Shown here in pieces: positions 10,731 to 21,657 of a stretch of DNA of 39,714 bases; position 1 is the stretch's first letter, and each line of letters begins with the position of its first letter. The position numbers and the translations under genes were made by a program. The DNA comes from Octopus bimaculoides (taxonomy: Eukaryota). Below the pieces are notes generated by a model. The model was given only the letters and a program-made list of their open reading frames with translations. It had not been told where the DNA came from and did no database searches. Where the stretch lies: positions 40,036,749-40,076,462 of the forward strand of contig NC_068991.1 in NCBI RefSeq assembly GCF_001194135.2, in the 5' to 3' direction.

Positions 10731-11135
10731 ATGATTTTTCTTTGAGTTTTATGTAAGTTCTTAAGAAAGTTCAAGCCGGTCGCTAAGAAAGCGTCAAGAC
10801 TTTTTGAATTAAGAGAGTTGCCAGTGTTTGTAAATATGTAAATGAGTTGCTGTGTAGGTTAAACTGTCAATGCATTCCTCTAAGTGTGTGCATCTATTCA
10901 AATAAGAATCTCAGATGGAGAATATTTTGAATGTCTTACAAGACTTCACCGTGCCATTATTAGATTAGATTAGAAGAATCCACATCAGTTTCTTTTGCAC
11001 TTTCTCTGTGAAACCGAGTATTTTTAGGTTTTTGTGCAAATTTGTTGGTACATAACCTAATGCACCTATGATGATAAGTACAAATGGGAATTCATAGTCA
11101 GAGTACTAGAGCTGTAAGTTCCGATTTAATCCGCC
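10731..11135 (-). mobile_element. R4/Dong-clade non-LTR retrotransposon, second 5'-truncated copy (diverged subfamily)
   Basis: Minus frame: GGLNRNLQL*YSDYEFPFVLIIIGALGYVPTNLHKNLKILGFTEKVQKKLMWILLI*SNNGTVKSCKTFKIFSI*, colinear with the 1927-2183 protein. ATGT repeats lie on both sides (10715-10727, 11136-11155). Confidence 0.85.
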
Positions 11136-11155
11136 ATGTATGTATGTATGTATGT

Positions 11156-11520
11156 CTTTGAGATTTATGTAGTTTTTTCCTTCGCAGAATTCAAGACTGT
11201 CACTAACAAACTGGTAAAATTCGGTGCATTAAAATTTCTCTGGATAGTTCCGCGACCTGTGATAGCTGACCCAAGGTCTCTCGTCCAATTGTGGTTTATG
11301 TAGTAGTGGTAACAATTATCCACGTTCTGAATTTCAGCGAATTTTTCACCGCATGATAGCTGCTACAATCTTCCATCAAACAGGTGCTTCTTCACTTTTA
11401 TCTGAAGAAAATAATCAATTTTTACCAGGTTTATATCAAGGGGCGAAAGTTCTCGGGGATATTCATTAGACGACAAATGCGTGGTTTCCTTGTATAGATG
11501 TGAATGACTTCGATACCGTT
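11156..11520 (-). mobile_element. Element sharing its 3'-terminal ~55 nt with the R4/Dong copy at 10731-11135
   Basis: CTTTGAGATTTATGTAG...TTCAAGACTGTCACTAAC versus CTTTGAGTTTTATGTAAG...TTCAAGCCGGTCGCTAAG. No clear RLE ORF recognised upstream. Confidence 0.6.
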
Positions 11521-11555
11521 TGTATGTTTGTATGTGTTTGTACGTGCATGTCATA

Positions 11556-11692
11556 TACAACTCTAAATTTCCGGCTCAAATTCACTCACGTGGCACAGAT
11601 CGGATCGGCACAATAGTACAAAACATTTGCTCCCGCCTCCGAAACCATGCGGTTGCAAAGTGAGATTCTTAACCCCACAGCCATGCCTGCAT
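11556..11692 (-). mobile_element. SINE family B, 5' part, degenerate
   Basis: Reverse head GCAGGCATGGCTGTGGGGTTAAGAA...AAATGTTTTGTACTAT...GTGAGTGAATTTG. Confidence 0.6.
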
Positions 11693-11789
11693 CTATATAT
11701 TTAAGAATTTTTTTTCATTTACTTCCTCTTTACTCACATTTTCCTTCCTAATCTTTTCTTACTTATTCTCTATCTCTCATTTTTCTTTT

Positions 11790-11832
<43 letters not shown>

Positions 11833-12072
11833 NNNNNNNNNNNNNNNNNNNNNNNNNNNNNNNNNNNNNNNNNNNNNNNNNNNNNNNNNNNNNNNNNNNN
11901 NNNNNNNNNNNNNNNNNNNNNNNNNNNNNNNNNNNNNNNNNNNNNNNNNNNNNNNNNNNNNNNNNNNNNNNNNNNNNNNNNNNNNNNNNNNNNNNNNNNN
12001 NNNNNNNNNNNNNNNNNNNNNNNNNNNNNNNNNNNNNNNNNNNNNNNNNNNNNNNNNNNNNNNNNNNNNNNN

Positions 12073-12117
<45 letters not shown>

Positions 12118-12418
12118 CTATTTTTCATGTCAGCTGTATGGATATCTTTCTTCCTCTTATAATAAATATCTTTTGGTCTCCTCCTCATTTTAACTCACGG
12201 AATTGTTAATCCTTCGAGTCCTCACTTACCAATTCACTCGCTCTCTTCTTTTTCTTCTATTTTTCTTCTCCTTCAACTTCTTCCCTCTTCTCCTCTTCCC
12301 CCTCCTCTTCTTTTTCTTCTCTTTCCTCTCCTCCACGTCTTCTTTTCTTTCTTCCCACTCCTCCCCGCCTTCTATTCTTCCTCTTCTTCCACTTCTCTGT
12401 CTGTCCATCTATCATTCG

Positions 12419-12477
<59 letters not shown>

Positions 12478-13001
12478 AATTATAACTAGCTCCAAGTAAT
12501 AACGCCACTATCAGTAAATCTGTATTCACGTAACCATTCGAGTCAAAGGTCAAATAGAATACTCCAAAGGACGGACTTTAAAATTCAAGAACCCTTCCTA
12601 AATGACTGGTCAGTTCACTTCCGCCATCTTGTAAACCATTATCTTCGTTTCTTTTCATGATTTATTTCTTATGTCTGCCAAATTATTCTTGTATTGTTAA
12701 TCTCACGTTACTCAAACTAACCTAACAATATTTGATTTTCCGAACATTTAAGTGAATTGATCAAACTTCCAGCCAGAATGGTCGCATAAACCTATGCACT
12801 TTTGGATTTAATGTAGTTTGCACATTCTTGATGGTAAAAGATTGTATGGATTCACAGCTGAAAACGGTGCTGCTACTGCTGTTGTTGTTATTGTTTGAAG
12901 TGATGGTGGTGGTGGTGCTGCTATTACTACTGCTACTACTGCTACTACTACAATTGCTGTTGTTGCTGTTAGTAGTGCTCGTATAGTTACGAAATGTTAT
13001 T

Positions 13002-13235
13002 AAGGTGGCGAGCTGGTAGAATCGTTAAAAAGTCGAGGAAAAAAAACATTTTACAGCATTCGTTCCAGCTCTTTACATTCTAAGTTCAAATACCACCGAT
13101 ACCGACTTTACGTTTCATCCTTTCAGAAGTCGATTAAGCAGAGAACCAGTCAAGTTCTGAAGTCGATAGTATCGGCTGTACCTCCTCCCATCAAAATTGC
13201 TGGTCTGATGCCTTGATTAGAAGCAATATTAATTG
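13002..13235 (+). mobile_element. SINE family A, degenerate full-length copy
   Basis: AAGGTGGCGAGCTGGTAGAATCGTTA...AAGTTCAAATACC...CGACTTT..TTTCATCCTTTC...AAAATTGCTGG tail. Confidence 0.8.
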
Positions 13236-13420
13236 TGCGTGCATGAAAAGTGAGAGGTGAAAGCTGACTACGTTGACTGACAAAAGCTCGGCCAAACAAG
13301 GTGAGCAGCTGTAGTAATGTGTCAATAGTGCAAGTATTTGTAATATCAGGTAAGAAATACAGAATCTCTACAATCGCTCGCCAAAAGCAATTTGCAGGAA
13401 AATGATTGACGTGTAAAATA

Positions 13421-14260
13421 TTAATTAATACTACCGAAAAGTAATGTCGCATTCATATAATGAGTTCAAATGAGCATAAAACATATCATTAATATATATT
13501 CATTCATTCAAAATATAATTGCTATCAATAATAGTAACATTTCCCCACCTTGAATCTTGTTTTCTGGTTCCGCAGGCAAAAAAAACCCCCCAAAAAAACC
13601 AGTTTCCTTAGAAGAGAGCCGTTCTGACATCGTTCGTCCCGGCTTCTGAATGTTGAATAAATGAAAACCTGATGGTGTTAGCTCTGTTGAGTAGGGAGAA
13701 TGAGGGAGAGCTTCCCAGCCTAAAGAATTTATCTTTCCTTGACTTATCTTGTCGAACGAACTGCTTTATTCTCGGAGACATGAGGTACCCACCTCACTTC
13801 TGTATACACTTGCCTAACTTGCCTGAGATGACCTTGTCCAGTAGACCATGCCTCCTGGATAAGGCCCGAGATCCTCTTCAAGTGCTATTTTCACTATGTC
13901 ATTCTTAAGAACAGTTGGTCTTCCTGATCGGTACCTATTCAAAAGATCGAAATCACCGTTTTTGAATTTGTTAAACCACCTTTAGCATTTCGAACACACA
14001 CCATTAGGATATACAGTACATATGTTACGAAATTCGTAAGGCATGCAAGGCCGAATATGTTGCTCACTAATCTCCTTGTTTTCCATGGATTATTGGATAG
14101 AGCTTATATACATACAGCGTGTGTCCAAATTAACATTTTGTCATTAACTCTAAGCTGATTAGTTGATTGCAAGGAAATCTTTTATTGGTTTGTTAGTTAC
14201 TAGTGGCATAACGTCAAACTATTTGCTTGAAAATATAACCTTACTTTTCGGTACATTTAA
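13421..14260 (-). mobile_element. Mariner (DD34D-type) deletion derivative with both TIRs
   Basis: ATG at 14086: MENKEISEQHIRPCMPYEFRNICTVY...RWFNKFKNGDFDLLNRYRSGRP...WSTGQGHLRQV...RWVPHVSEN, jumping to KINSLGWEALPHSPYSTELTPSGFHLF and ending RWGNVTIIDSNYI. TIRs 13425-13444 and 14241-14260 (17/20), with TA at 13419-13420 and 14261-14262. Confidence 0.9.
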
Positions 14261-14504
14261 TAGAATAACCTCTTTGAGTACGATTTTTGTTTTCAATTAG
14301 TTCAAAATTTATGAGTATTCATTGTCAGAAAGTTATGTTTGAATCATATTGACTGAAAATCCATTGCAGCAACCTACACCACCCCTACTGAGGGGCTGCG
14401 TATAGACTAGAGCAACGCCTCGGTCACATCAATGCAAAAAACGACCGGATCCTACACTAGAGTGGGATAAACGCAGAGACAGAAAAATACTATTATTAAT
14501 GGTA

Positions 14505-15064
14505 AATCACGTCCGAAATTTTGAGAGGAAAGGGGTTTGTTGATTAAATTGAACCCTGCACTTAATTTGTACATTGTTTTATCGATCCCAGAGAGATGAA
14601 AATAAATGTTGAGTTTTGTGGGTTTTGAACACAGAGTTGAAAGACCCGGAAGAAATATCTCATGGCATTTTGTGCAACGTCGTGAGAATTCTAACCATTC
14701 ACCGCCCTTCATGTAGCAGTTCAACTATAGGCACAAGACCTGAAATTTTGGTGGGAGGGAGCTAGTCGATTACATTGACAACGCTGTTCAGCTAGGACCT
14801 ATTTCATCGACCCTGAAAAGATGAAAAACAAAGACGATTTCAGTGGGATTTGAACTTTGAACGTAAATACAGACAAAATGCTTAGTAGCATTTTGTCTTA
14901 AGTGCTAAAAGTTCTGCCAGCTCGCCTCATTCAACGGAATATTGATAATCCTTTCTACTAAACGCATGCACACGGCCTGAAATTTGCGGGGAAGGGACTA
15001 ATCAATTACATTGGCTCCAGTGTTTCACTAGTGCTTAATTTATCGACCCCGAATGGATGAAACC
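14505..15064 (-). mobile_element. Three consecutive SINE family A copies (14505-14615 partial, 14725-14928 full, 14950-15064 partial)
   Basis: Each carries the reverse tail GGC/GACCTGAAATTT and the TATCGACCC core. The middle copy also has the head TTCTGCCAGCTCGCC. Confidence 0.8.
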
Positions 15065-15267
15065 CGTAGTACTAATAATGGCTAACACATGACCGCAAAA
15101 TATAAGAAATTAATAAAATGAATCCGTCAGAACTAGCGGCAATGAATTTTCAATTGTTTAATCAATTGAGCTACCTGAGTATTCCACAGATATGTATACC
15201 CTTAATGCACTCCTCAAATGTGACACGATGCGTGGTAGAGCAGGCCCTCTAAATTACAGGCACAATC

Positions 15268-15410
15268 CATCTGAAGGCTTCCACACAAATTTACTCACAA
15301 GATTTGGGTCAATCAGAGACTATAGTAAAGAGACACTTGTCCGAGGTACCATGCACTGCGCTCGAACCCGATTCCTCGTGCGTGCGAAGTGAGTTTTTTT
15401 TAACCATGGA
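15268..15410 (-). mobile_element. SINE family B, 5' part, degenerate
   Basis: ACAAATTTACTCACAAGA...CTATAGTAAAGAGACACTTGTCCGAGGTACCATGCAC..CTCGAACCC. Confidence 0.7.
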
Positions 15411-15588
15411 GTTATACTGTATTAACAAAAGAATTAAAGTATACTCTATTAAATCTCTATCTATTTCATCGAACACAAAGGGAGCAAAAGACACTGCTGA
15501 ACCCATAAAATTTAAAATCAAACCGTTAAAAAAAAGCGGTAGCTAAATCTTAGTTTACAGTTATTTGTTAATTCGATACACTGTAAGA

Positions 15589-15785
15589 TGACGGTGAGCT
15601 GGCAAAATCGTACGCTTAGGTAAACTGCCTCCAGCTTTAGGTTCCGAGTTCGAATTGCACAGTGCTCGACTCTGCCTTTCATTCTTTCAGGCTCGATAAA
15701 ATAAGTACAAGGTAATCAGAGCAGTCGATATAATCGACTAGACCCTTCCCCAAAAGTTTTAGTCTTTGTGCCTTTAGTTGTAAAC
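15589..15785 (+). mobile_element. SINE family A
   Basis: GACGGTGAGCTGGCAAAATCG...GAGTTCGAATT...GCCTTTCATTCTTTC..TCGATAAAATAAGTAC...GTCGATATAATCGACTAG. Confidence 0.85.
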
Positions 15786-15813
15786 AAAAATTAATCTATT
15801 TATTGTTGCACTG

Positions 15814-15918
15814 TGCTTCTATCATTAACTCTATGTAATGCAACTCTATGTACCCATGCTTCTATCATTTAACTCTATGTAATGCAACTCTATGTACCCA
15901 TGCTTCTATCATTTAACT
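15814..15918. repeat. 44-bp minisatellite, about 2.4 copies
   Basis: Unit TGCTTCTATCATT(T)AACTCTATGTAATGCAACTCTATGTACCCA at 15814-15856, 15857-15900 and partial 15901-15918. Confidence 0.95.
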
Positions 15919-16434
15919 TACTTTATCTGTCCACTTCCGCGAGCCAACCATTTCCTTCTACCTCTTTCTCCTGCCCTCTATTTCTCTTTCAATACTTTAT
16001 TAATGTATTCGTTCATCTATTTAACTATTTATCAATGTAACGATCTATCCATCTAACGGTGTATATCTATAGCTACCTCTCTAACCGCCGAAATACCCAT
16101 CTCAGTTGCCTCATTTATTAATATGTTTACATATTAAATCTAAACCGACCATAAAACGTCGAAATGTCTGTGATGACCATTTTAATATTAATTTGATATC
16201 TCTTCATTTTGTTACATTGTTTTCTCACATTGTTATAAACCGAATTTAATAGCATCGACACCTATGAAACAGTGATCTAACTAAACACTGCAATTCATTT
16301 TATCGAGCACGCTACCTCATTTTTTTATATCACTCAATCTGTCTTATACTACTACTACTGCTGCTGCTGTTGCTGCCGCTGCTTCTGCTGTTGTTACTAC
16401 TACTAGTGCTGCTGTTCAGAACATAAAGAAGAGT

Positions 16435-16810
16435 GGTCGATTAAATTAACCCCCACTACTTGACTGGCACTTATTTTGTGGACCCTTGGAGAACAAATAA
16501 GTAAAATTATCTGGTGTGGGATTTGAACCCGTAATTTTTAAAATTCCTAACTTAACAACTGCTGGTCAGTTTAGTCCTTTATCGATTCGACCATTTCATC
16601 ATCCACACCCACCTACACCAAAACTACTTTTGTTTTCTCAGTGGGAAATGATTATTTGTACCACTGGTGCATATTTTATCAACCCCGCATGGAGGAACAC
16701 ATGTCAAAACTGACCTGAACAGGATTTGAAACCAGATCACAAAGAACGCACATAAATATCACAAGGCATTTTGCTCGATGCACCAGTTTGTCTGATATCC
16801 ACTCTACCGC
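16435..16810 (-). mobile_element. Two old, degenerate SINE family A copies (about 16435-16535 and 16655-16810)
   Basis: CTGGCACTTATTTT..GACCC..GGGATTTGAACCC and CTGGTGCATATTTTATCAACCCC..AGGATTTGAAACCAGA. Confidence 0.6.
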
Positions 16811-16812
16811 TA

Positions 16813-16880
<68 letters not shown>
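16813..16880. repeat. (CTA)n microsatellite
   Basis: Directly visible. Confidence 0.95.
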
Positions 16881-16882
<2 letters not shown>

Positions 16883-17744
16883 ATCCTATTATTGTTAATA
16901 CCTGTCTCATTGGAGCACGTGCCGTTATTCGTGGCGCAGATCTTCCCAAATTAATTCTAATCAAATACGTCAATGCGTGGATTTTGTTTTAAATCTAAAA
17001 TGCTATTAGGGCCGCATGGAAACGATAAGATTTGGAAGCAAGAAAGTCTATTAAGGAGCTATCCAATTCCTAAATGTAAAACTGGGGAAATAGTATTTGA
17101 GCCTCCCACCCTGCCCTTAACGCATGTACACACACGTTAAACAAAGACTAGATAGAAGCTGTCATCGATAAATCAATGACTATCAAGAAAAATCAGGAAC
17201 CCAATATTAAATGCAATCATTAAGGTCGATGGAAGTAGCGAAACACAAATATATAAAGAAAATAAAAATAAAATATGATCAAAAGGTAAAAAAAAGAAAG
17301 TAAATACGGCAGCTAAATTAATCTGCTAGGAATTTGATTAGAATAGGCTGATTGGTAAAAACAAATATTGATGAGAAGGGATCAGAAAATGACAAAGGAA
17401 AGGAGAGGAGACAATAACAATAAACGTTATGGTGGTGGTATTGGTGGGAGGAAGTAGATACTCTTTGATAATACCATTATGAAACGATGCGTATCTCTGT
17501 TTTAAATATACTTTCACTACGTAGAATATGACGTAATCTATTATTATATGCAGGAGAACATAATCTAGCTTTGTTGCGATGATCTGTTTGCGGTTGGGGT
17601 TGATAGCTTAGTTAATGAGAACATGTGATCAGAGACTAAACTATCGCAATATCGATTCTTGTAAATTTTAGGCCTGAATAAAATCTAATGAAATTCGAAA
17701 CTGCGAAGATCTACTCCCTGATTATGTACCGCTATTGGTATAGC

Positions 17745-17952
17745 AACGTATTAGGCCCGAAAGTTGTTGGTGGTGGTGTTAGTGGTGGGGCTAGTCTCTT
17801 TCATCGACCTCAGTGCTTGATTGGTGTATTTTCTTATCGAAAGGATCAAAGGCAAAGTTGATCTCGGTGACATTTGATCTCTGAGCGTAAAGCCCGGAAG
17901 AAATGTTGGTAAACATTTTGTCCGACCTGTTAATAATTCTGCCTGCTCACCT
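17745..17952 (-). mobile_element. SINE family A
   Basis: CATCGACCTCAGTG...AAAGGCAAAGTTGATCTCGG..ATTTGATCTCTGAGCGTAAAG...TTCTGCCTGCTCACC. Confidence 0.8.
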
Positions 17953-18917
17953 TTTTTGCAGAAAATTAAAATATTGAGTGTCATATCTATTTAACTGCTC
18001 CTCTCCCCAACTCCCCAACCAAAGCAAAACTGAAAAATAAGTCGAATCAGTTGCAAAGCCCCATTATTGAAACATTAGTAAAGACAATACGTTAAGGAGG
18101 CTATTCACTGAACTGTTTATTAAGAGCATCAGTCAAATTGTTAGTCTCTGCTTCTCTTGTAATACCAGCATATACCTCCTGTTTATATTTCCTGTCAGAT
18201 TCATGCCTGCTCAAATCACGTCTTGTGTCTATTTATATGGCTATTATAACGATATAAAGAGACAGACAGCAACGTTGTCATCAGGATTCAGACGAGGAAA
18301 GAGAGCATCTAGATGCTTTTAGCAAAACCTTTAAGACTGGCGAGTAACATGTAGGAAGTAGCGCATCGAGAACTCACGTTATTCTCAAATTAATGACCAT
18401 CTCTGAATCATTTCAACAAAATGGACTCTGCTAAAGAAAATCCAAGGACTATGTTAAGGAGGAAGTGTTAACGGTGGCGACAAATTAATTTTGCTACCCC
18501 AGAACAGATATAGTCAATTCAACAGGCTTCTATATTGACTCTGCTCATCTAGATTTCCCATTAACATATTGCCGTATTAATAAGGTTAAAAAGGGATAAA
18601 CATTGTCCTAGATGCATTATATATATATATATATATATATATNNNNNNNNNNNNNNNNNNNNNNNNNNNNNNNNNNNNNNNNNNNNNNNNNNNNNNNNNN
18701 NNNNNNNNNNNNNNNNNNNNNNNNNNNNNNNNNNNNNNNNNNNNNNNNNNNNNNNNNNNNNNNNNNNNNNNNNNNNNNNNNNNNNNNNNNNNNNNNNNNN
18801 NNNNNNNNNNNNNNNNNNNNNNNNNNNNNNNNNNNNNNNNNNNNNNNNNNNNNNNNNNNNNNNNNNNNNNNNNNNNNNNNNNNNNNNNNNNNNNNNNNNN
18901 NNNNNNNNNNNNNNNNN

Positions 18918-19042
18918 TATCGACACCAAAAAGATGAAAGGCAAAGTTGACCTCGGCGAAATTTGAACTAAGAACGTAAAGACAGACGAAATACCGCTAA
19001 GCATTTCGCCCGGCGTGCTAACGATTCTGCCAGCTCGCCGCT
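18918..19042 (-). mobile_element. SINE family A, young copy, 3' end lost in gap
   Basis: Reverse head GCGGCGAGCTGGCAGAATCGTTAGCACGCCGGGCGAAATGCTTAGCGGTATTTCGTCTGTCTTTACGTTCTTAGTTCAAATTTCGCCGAGG. Confidence 0.92.
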
Positions 19043-19061
19043 TTAGATCTGAGATTAATAT

Positions 19062-19295
19062 TTATTTCCTTATTGCCCACAGGGGGCTAAACATAGAGGG
19101 GACAAACAAGGACAGACAAAGGGATTAAATCGATTACATCGACCCCAGTGCGTAACTGGTACTTATTTAATCGACCCCGAAAGTATGAAAGGCAAAGTCG
19201 ACCTCAGCGGAATTTGAACTCAGAACGTAACGGCAGACGAAATACCGCTAAGCATTTCGCCCGGCGCGCTAACGATTCTGCCAGCCCACCGCCTT
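19062..19295 (-). mobile_element. SINE family A, young full-length copy with a variant tail and a ~20-bp TSD
   Basis: Intact B-box-like GAGTTCAAATTCC. Tail differs from the other copies. Flanked by TTAGATCTGAGATTAATATT (19043-19062) and TTAGATCTAAGATAAATATT (19294-19313). Confidence 0.92.
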
Positions 19296-19755
19296 AGATC
19301 TAAGATAAATATTGCAAGCAACAATGCAGATAACAGCAAAAGCAACACCAGCAACGGCCATAAAACGTACTAAACACTTTCCATCCAGCATACAAAACAA
19401 AATACGAACCTCCAGTTTCCTATCCCCTATATCTGGTTGCACCGAATTCGAATATAAATGTATTTTCAGTAACAGATACACTACACACATGCAAACATAT
19501 AGAGAGTGAGAAAGAGATACATATATGTATACACGCGCGCGCATGCACACACATACACGCACTCACACACGCGCGCGCGCACACACACTTATACATATAT
19601 GACTGACTCGACGTGTGTGTGTGTGTGTGTGTTTTAGTTGATATTTTCGAACCTAATTGGATTCTCATTTGAAGTCTCTACATTATTTGACCAATCCCAG
19701 AGAAATGTACAACCATATACTTATGTACTCAACAAATCCAGTACCCTAAGCCTTT

Positions 19756-19756
<1 letters not shown>

Positions 19757-19814
<58 letters not shown>
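19757..19814. repeat. (GATA)n microsatellite
   Basis: Directly visible. Confidence 0.95.
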
Positions 19815-19815
<1 letters not shown>

Positions 19816-19891
19816 AAGCAGCTAGGCGCATTATAAAATCACGTAGGAAATATTTAATCGTCTCTAATTGTTACTAAGGGTGCTGAGAGTT

Positions 19892-20032
19892 CCTATATTG
19901 CAAGAAATAAGAGTTAAAACTCTTAAAGCTGCTTGAAAAGCACATTTATAATACACACACCACTGTCAGTGTATATAAATGTGCTTTTCATGCAGCTTTA
20001 AGAGTTTTAACTCTTATTTCTTGCAATATAGG
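19892..20032. repeat. Near-perfect inverted repeat (65/64-nt arms, 12-nt loop)
   Basis: 19892-19956 pairs with 19969-20032 with one mismatch and one bulged A. Confidence 0.95.
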
Positions 20033-20137
20033 TGCTCGCAACACACTCAGTCACAATTAGTGACGATTGTCAAACTATTACATTTGCTTGTTTTCCATAC
20101 ACTTGTCTTCGTCTTTTGTTTTTCTACAAATTTCAAT

Positions 20138-20187
<50 letters not shown>

Positions 20188-21559
20188 CACACTCTCATAC
20201 ACATACACATACAAATATATGTAGGTTTGCACGTCTATCTATCTATATATATATATATANNNNNNNNNNNNNNNNNNNNNNNNNNNNNNNNNNNNNNNNN
20301 NNNNNNNNNNNNNNNNNNNNNNNNNNNNNNNNNNNNNNNNNNNNNNNNNNNNNNNNNNNNNNNNNNNNNNNNNNNNNNNNNNNNNNNNNNNNNNNNNNNN
20401 NNNNNNNNNNNNNNNNNNNNNNNNNNNNNNNNNNNNNNNNNNNNNNNNNNNNNNNNNNNNNNNNNNNNNNNNNNNNNNNNNNNNNNNNNNNNNNNNNNNN
20501 NNNNNNNNNNNNNNNNNNNNNNNNNNNNNNNNNNNNNNNNNNNNNNNNNNNNNNNNNNNNNNNNNNNNNNNNNNNNNNNNNNNNNNNNNNNNNNNNNNNN
20601 NNNNNNNNNNNNNNNNNNNNNNNNNNNNNNNNNNNNNNNNNNNNNNNNNNNNNNNNNNNNNNNNNNNNNNNNNNNNNNNNNNNNNNNNNNNNNNNNNNNN
20701 NNNNNNNNNNNNNNNNNNNNNNNNNNNNNNNNNNNNNNNNNNNNNNNNNNNNNNNNNNNNNNNNNNNNNNNNNNNNNNNNNNNNNNNNNNNNNNNNNNNN
20801 NNNNNNNNNNNNNNNNNNNNNNNNNNNNNNNNNNNNNNNNNNNNNNNNNNNNNNNNNNNNNNNNNNNNNNNNNNNNNNNNNNNNNNNNNNNNNNNNNNNN
20901 NNNNNNNNNNNNNNNNNNNNNNNNNNNNNNNNNNNNNNNNNNNNNNNNNNNNNNNNNNNNNNNNNNNNNNNNNNNNNNNNNNNNNNNNNNNNNNNNNNNN
21001 NNNNNNNNNNNNNNNNNNNNNNNNNNNNNNNNNNNNNNNNNNNNNNNNNNNNNNNNNNNNNNNNNNNNNNNNNNNNNNNNNNNNNNNNNNNNNNNNNNNN
21101 NNNNNNNNNNNNNNNNNNNNNNNNNNNNNNNNNNNNNNNNNNNNNNNNNNNNNNNNNNNNNNNNNNNNNNNNNNNNNNNNNNNNNNNNNNNNNNNNNNNN
21201 NNNNNNNNNNNNNNNNNNNNNNNNNNNNNNNNNNNNNNNNNTGTAAGACTACCCTTTCAGATATACTTTCATTGTGATTTCTGCAATGTGGTGCATAAAT
21301 TGTCAAGTAAATGAGACGCATCTTTGCCTCCACTGATTCACTTGCAAAGTGTTGAGTAAAATTATTTCGTTGCAGACCTCCTTTGGGTCTTTTTATTATC
21401 ACTACGACACGCATAGTCCCCAGTTGGTAACATTGATTTCAAGGCCCTCCTAGATGAGAGACTGGCATTCCACTTAATGTCTATGTTCCATGCTGGCATG
21501 GATTGGAGAGTTATTAATGTAGAAATATGGTATCGTAGCTACTAACAGTTGAGGGTTGC

Positions 21560-21630
21560 GTAGTCTAGACGGCGTTTTTCAGATTTCATTATTCTCTTTA
21601 ACCCGGGCAAAGCCGGGTATTTCTGTTAGT
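21560..21630 (+). mobile_element. Helitron-like 3' terminus
   Basis: Hairpin ACCCGG-GCAAAG-CCGGGT (21601-21618) followed 7 nt later by TTAG-T (canonical CTAG-T). No 5' end identified. Confidence 0.55.
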
Positions 21631-21657
21631 ATATTATAAACAGTGTAGAGAAAAAAG

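Noticed and set aside
14111-14130. TACAGCGTGTGTCCAAATT, resembling a Tc1 TIR start
   Set aside because: No partner TIR found, and it lies inside the 5' region of the mariner bounded by 13421-14260.
18385-18437. Minus-strand segment with good acceptor and GTGAGT donor
   Set aside because: Stops in all three frames. It could only be non-coding and cannot be supported from sequence alone.
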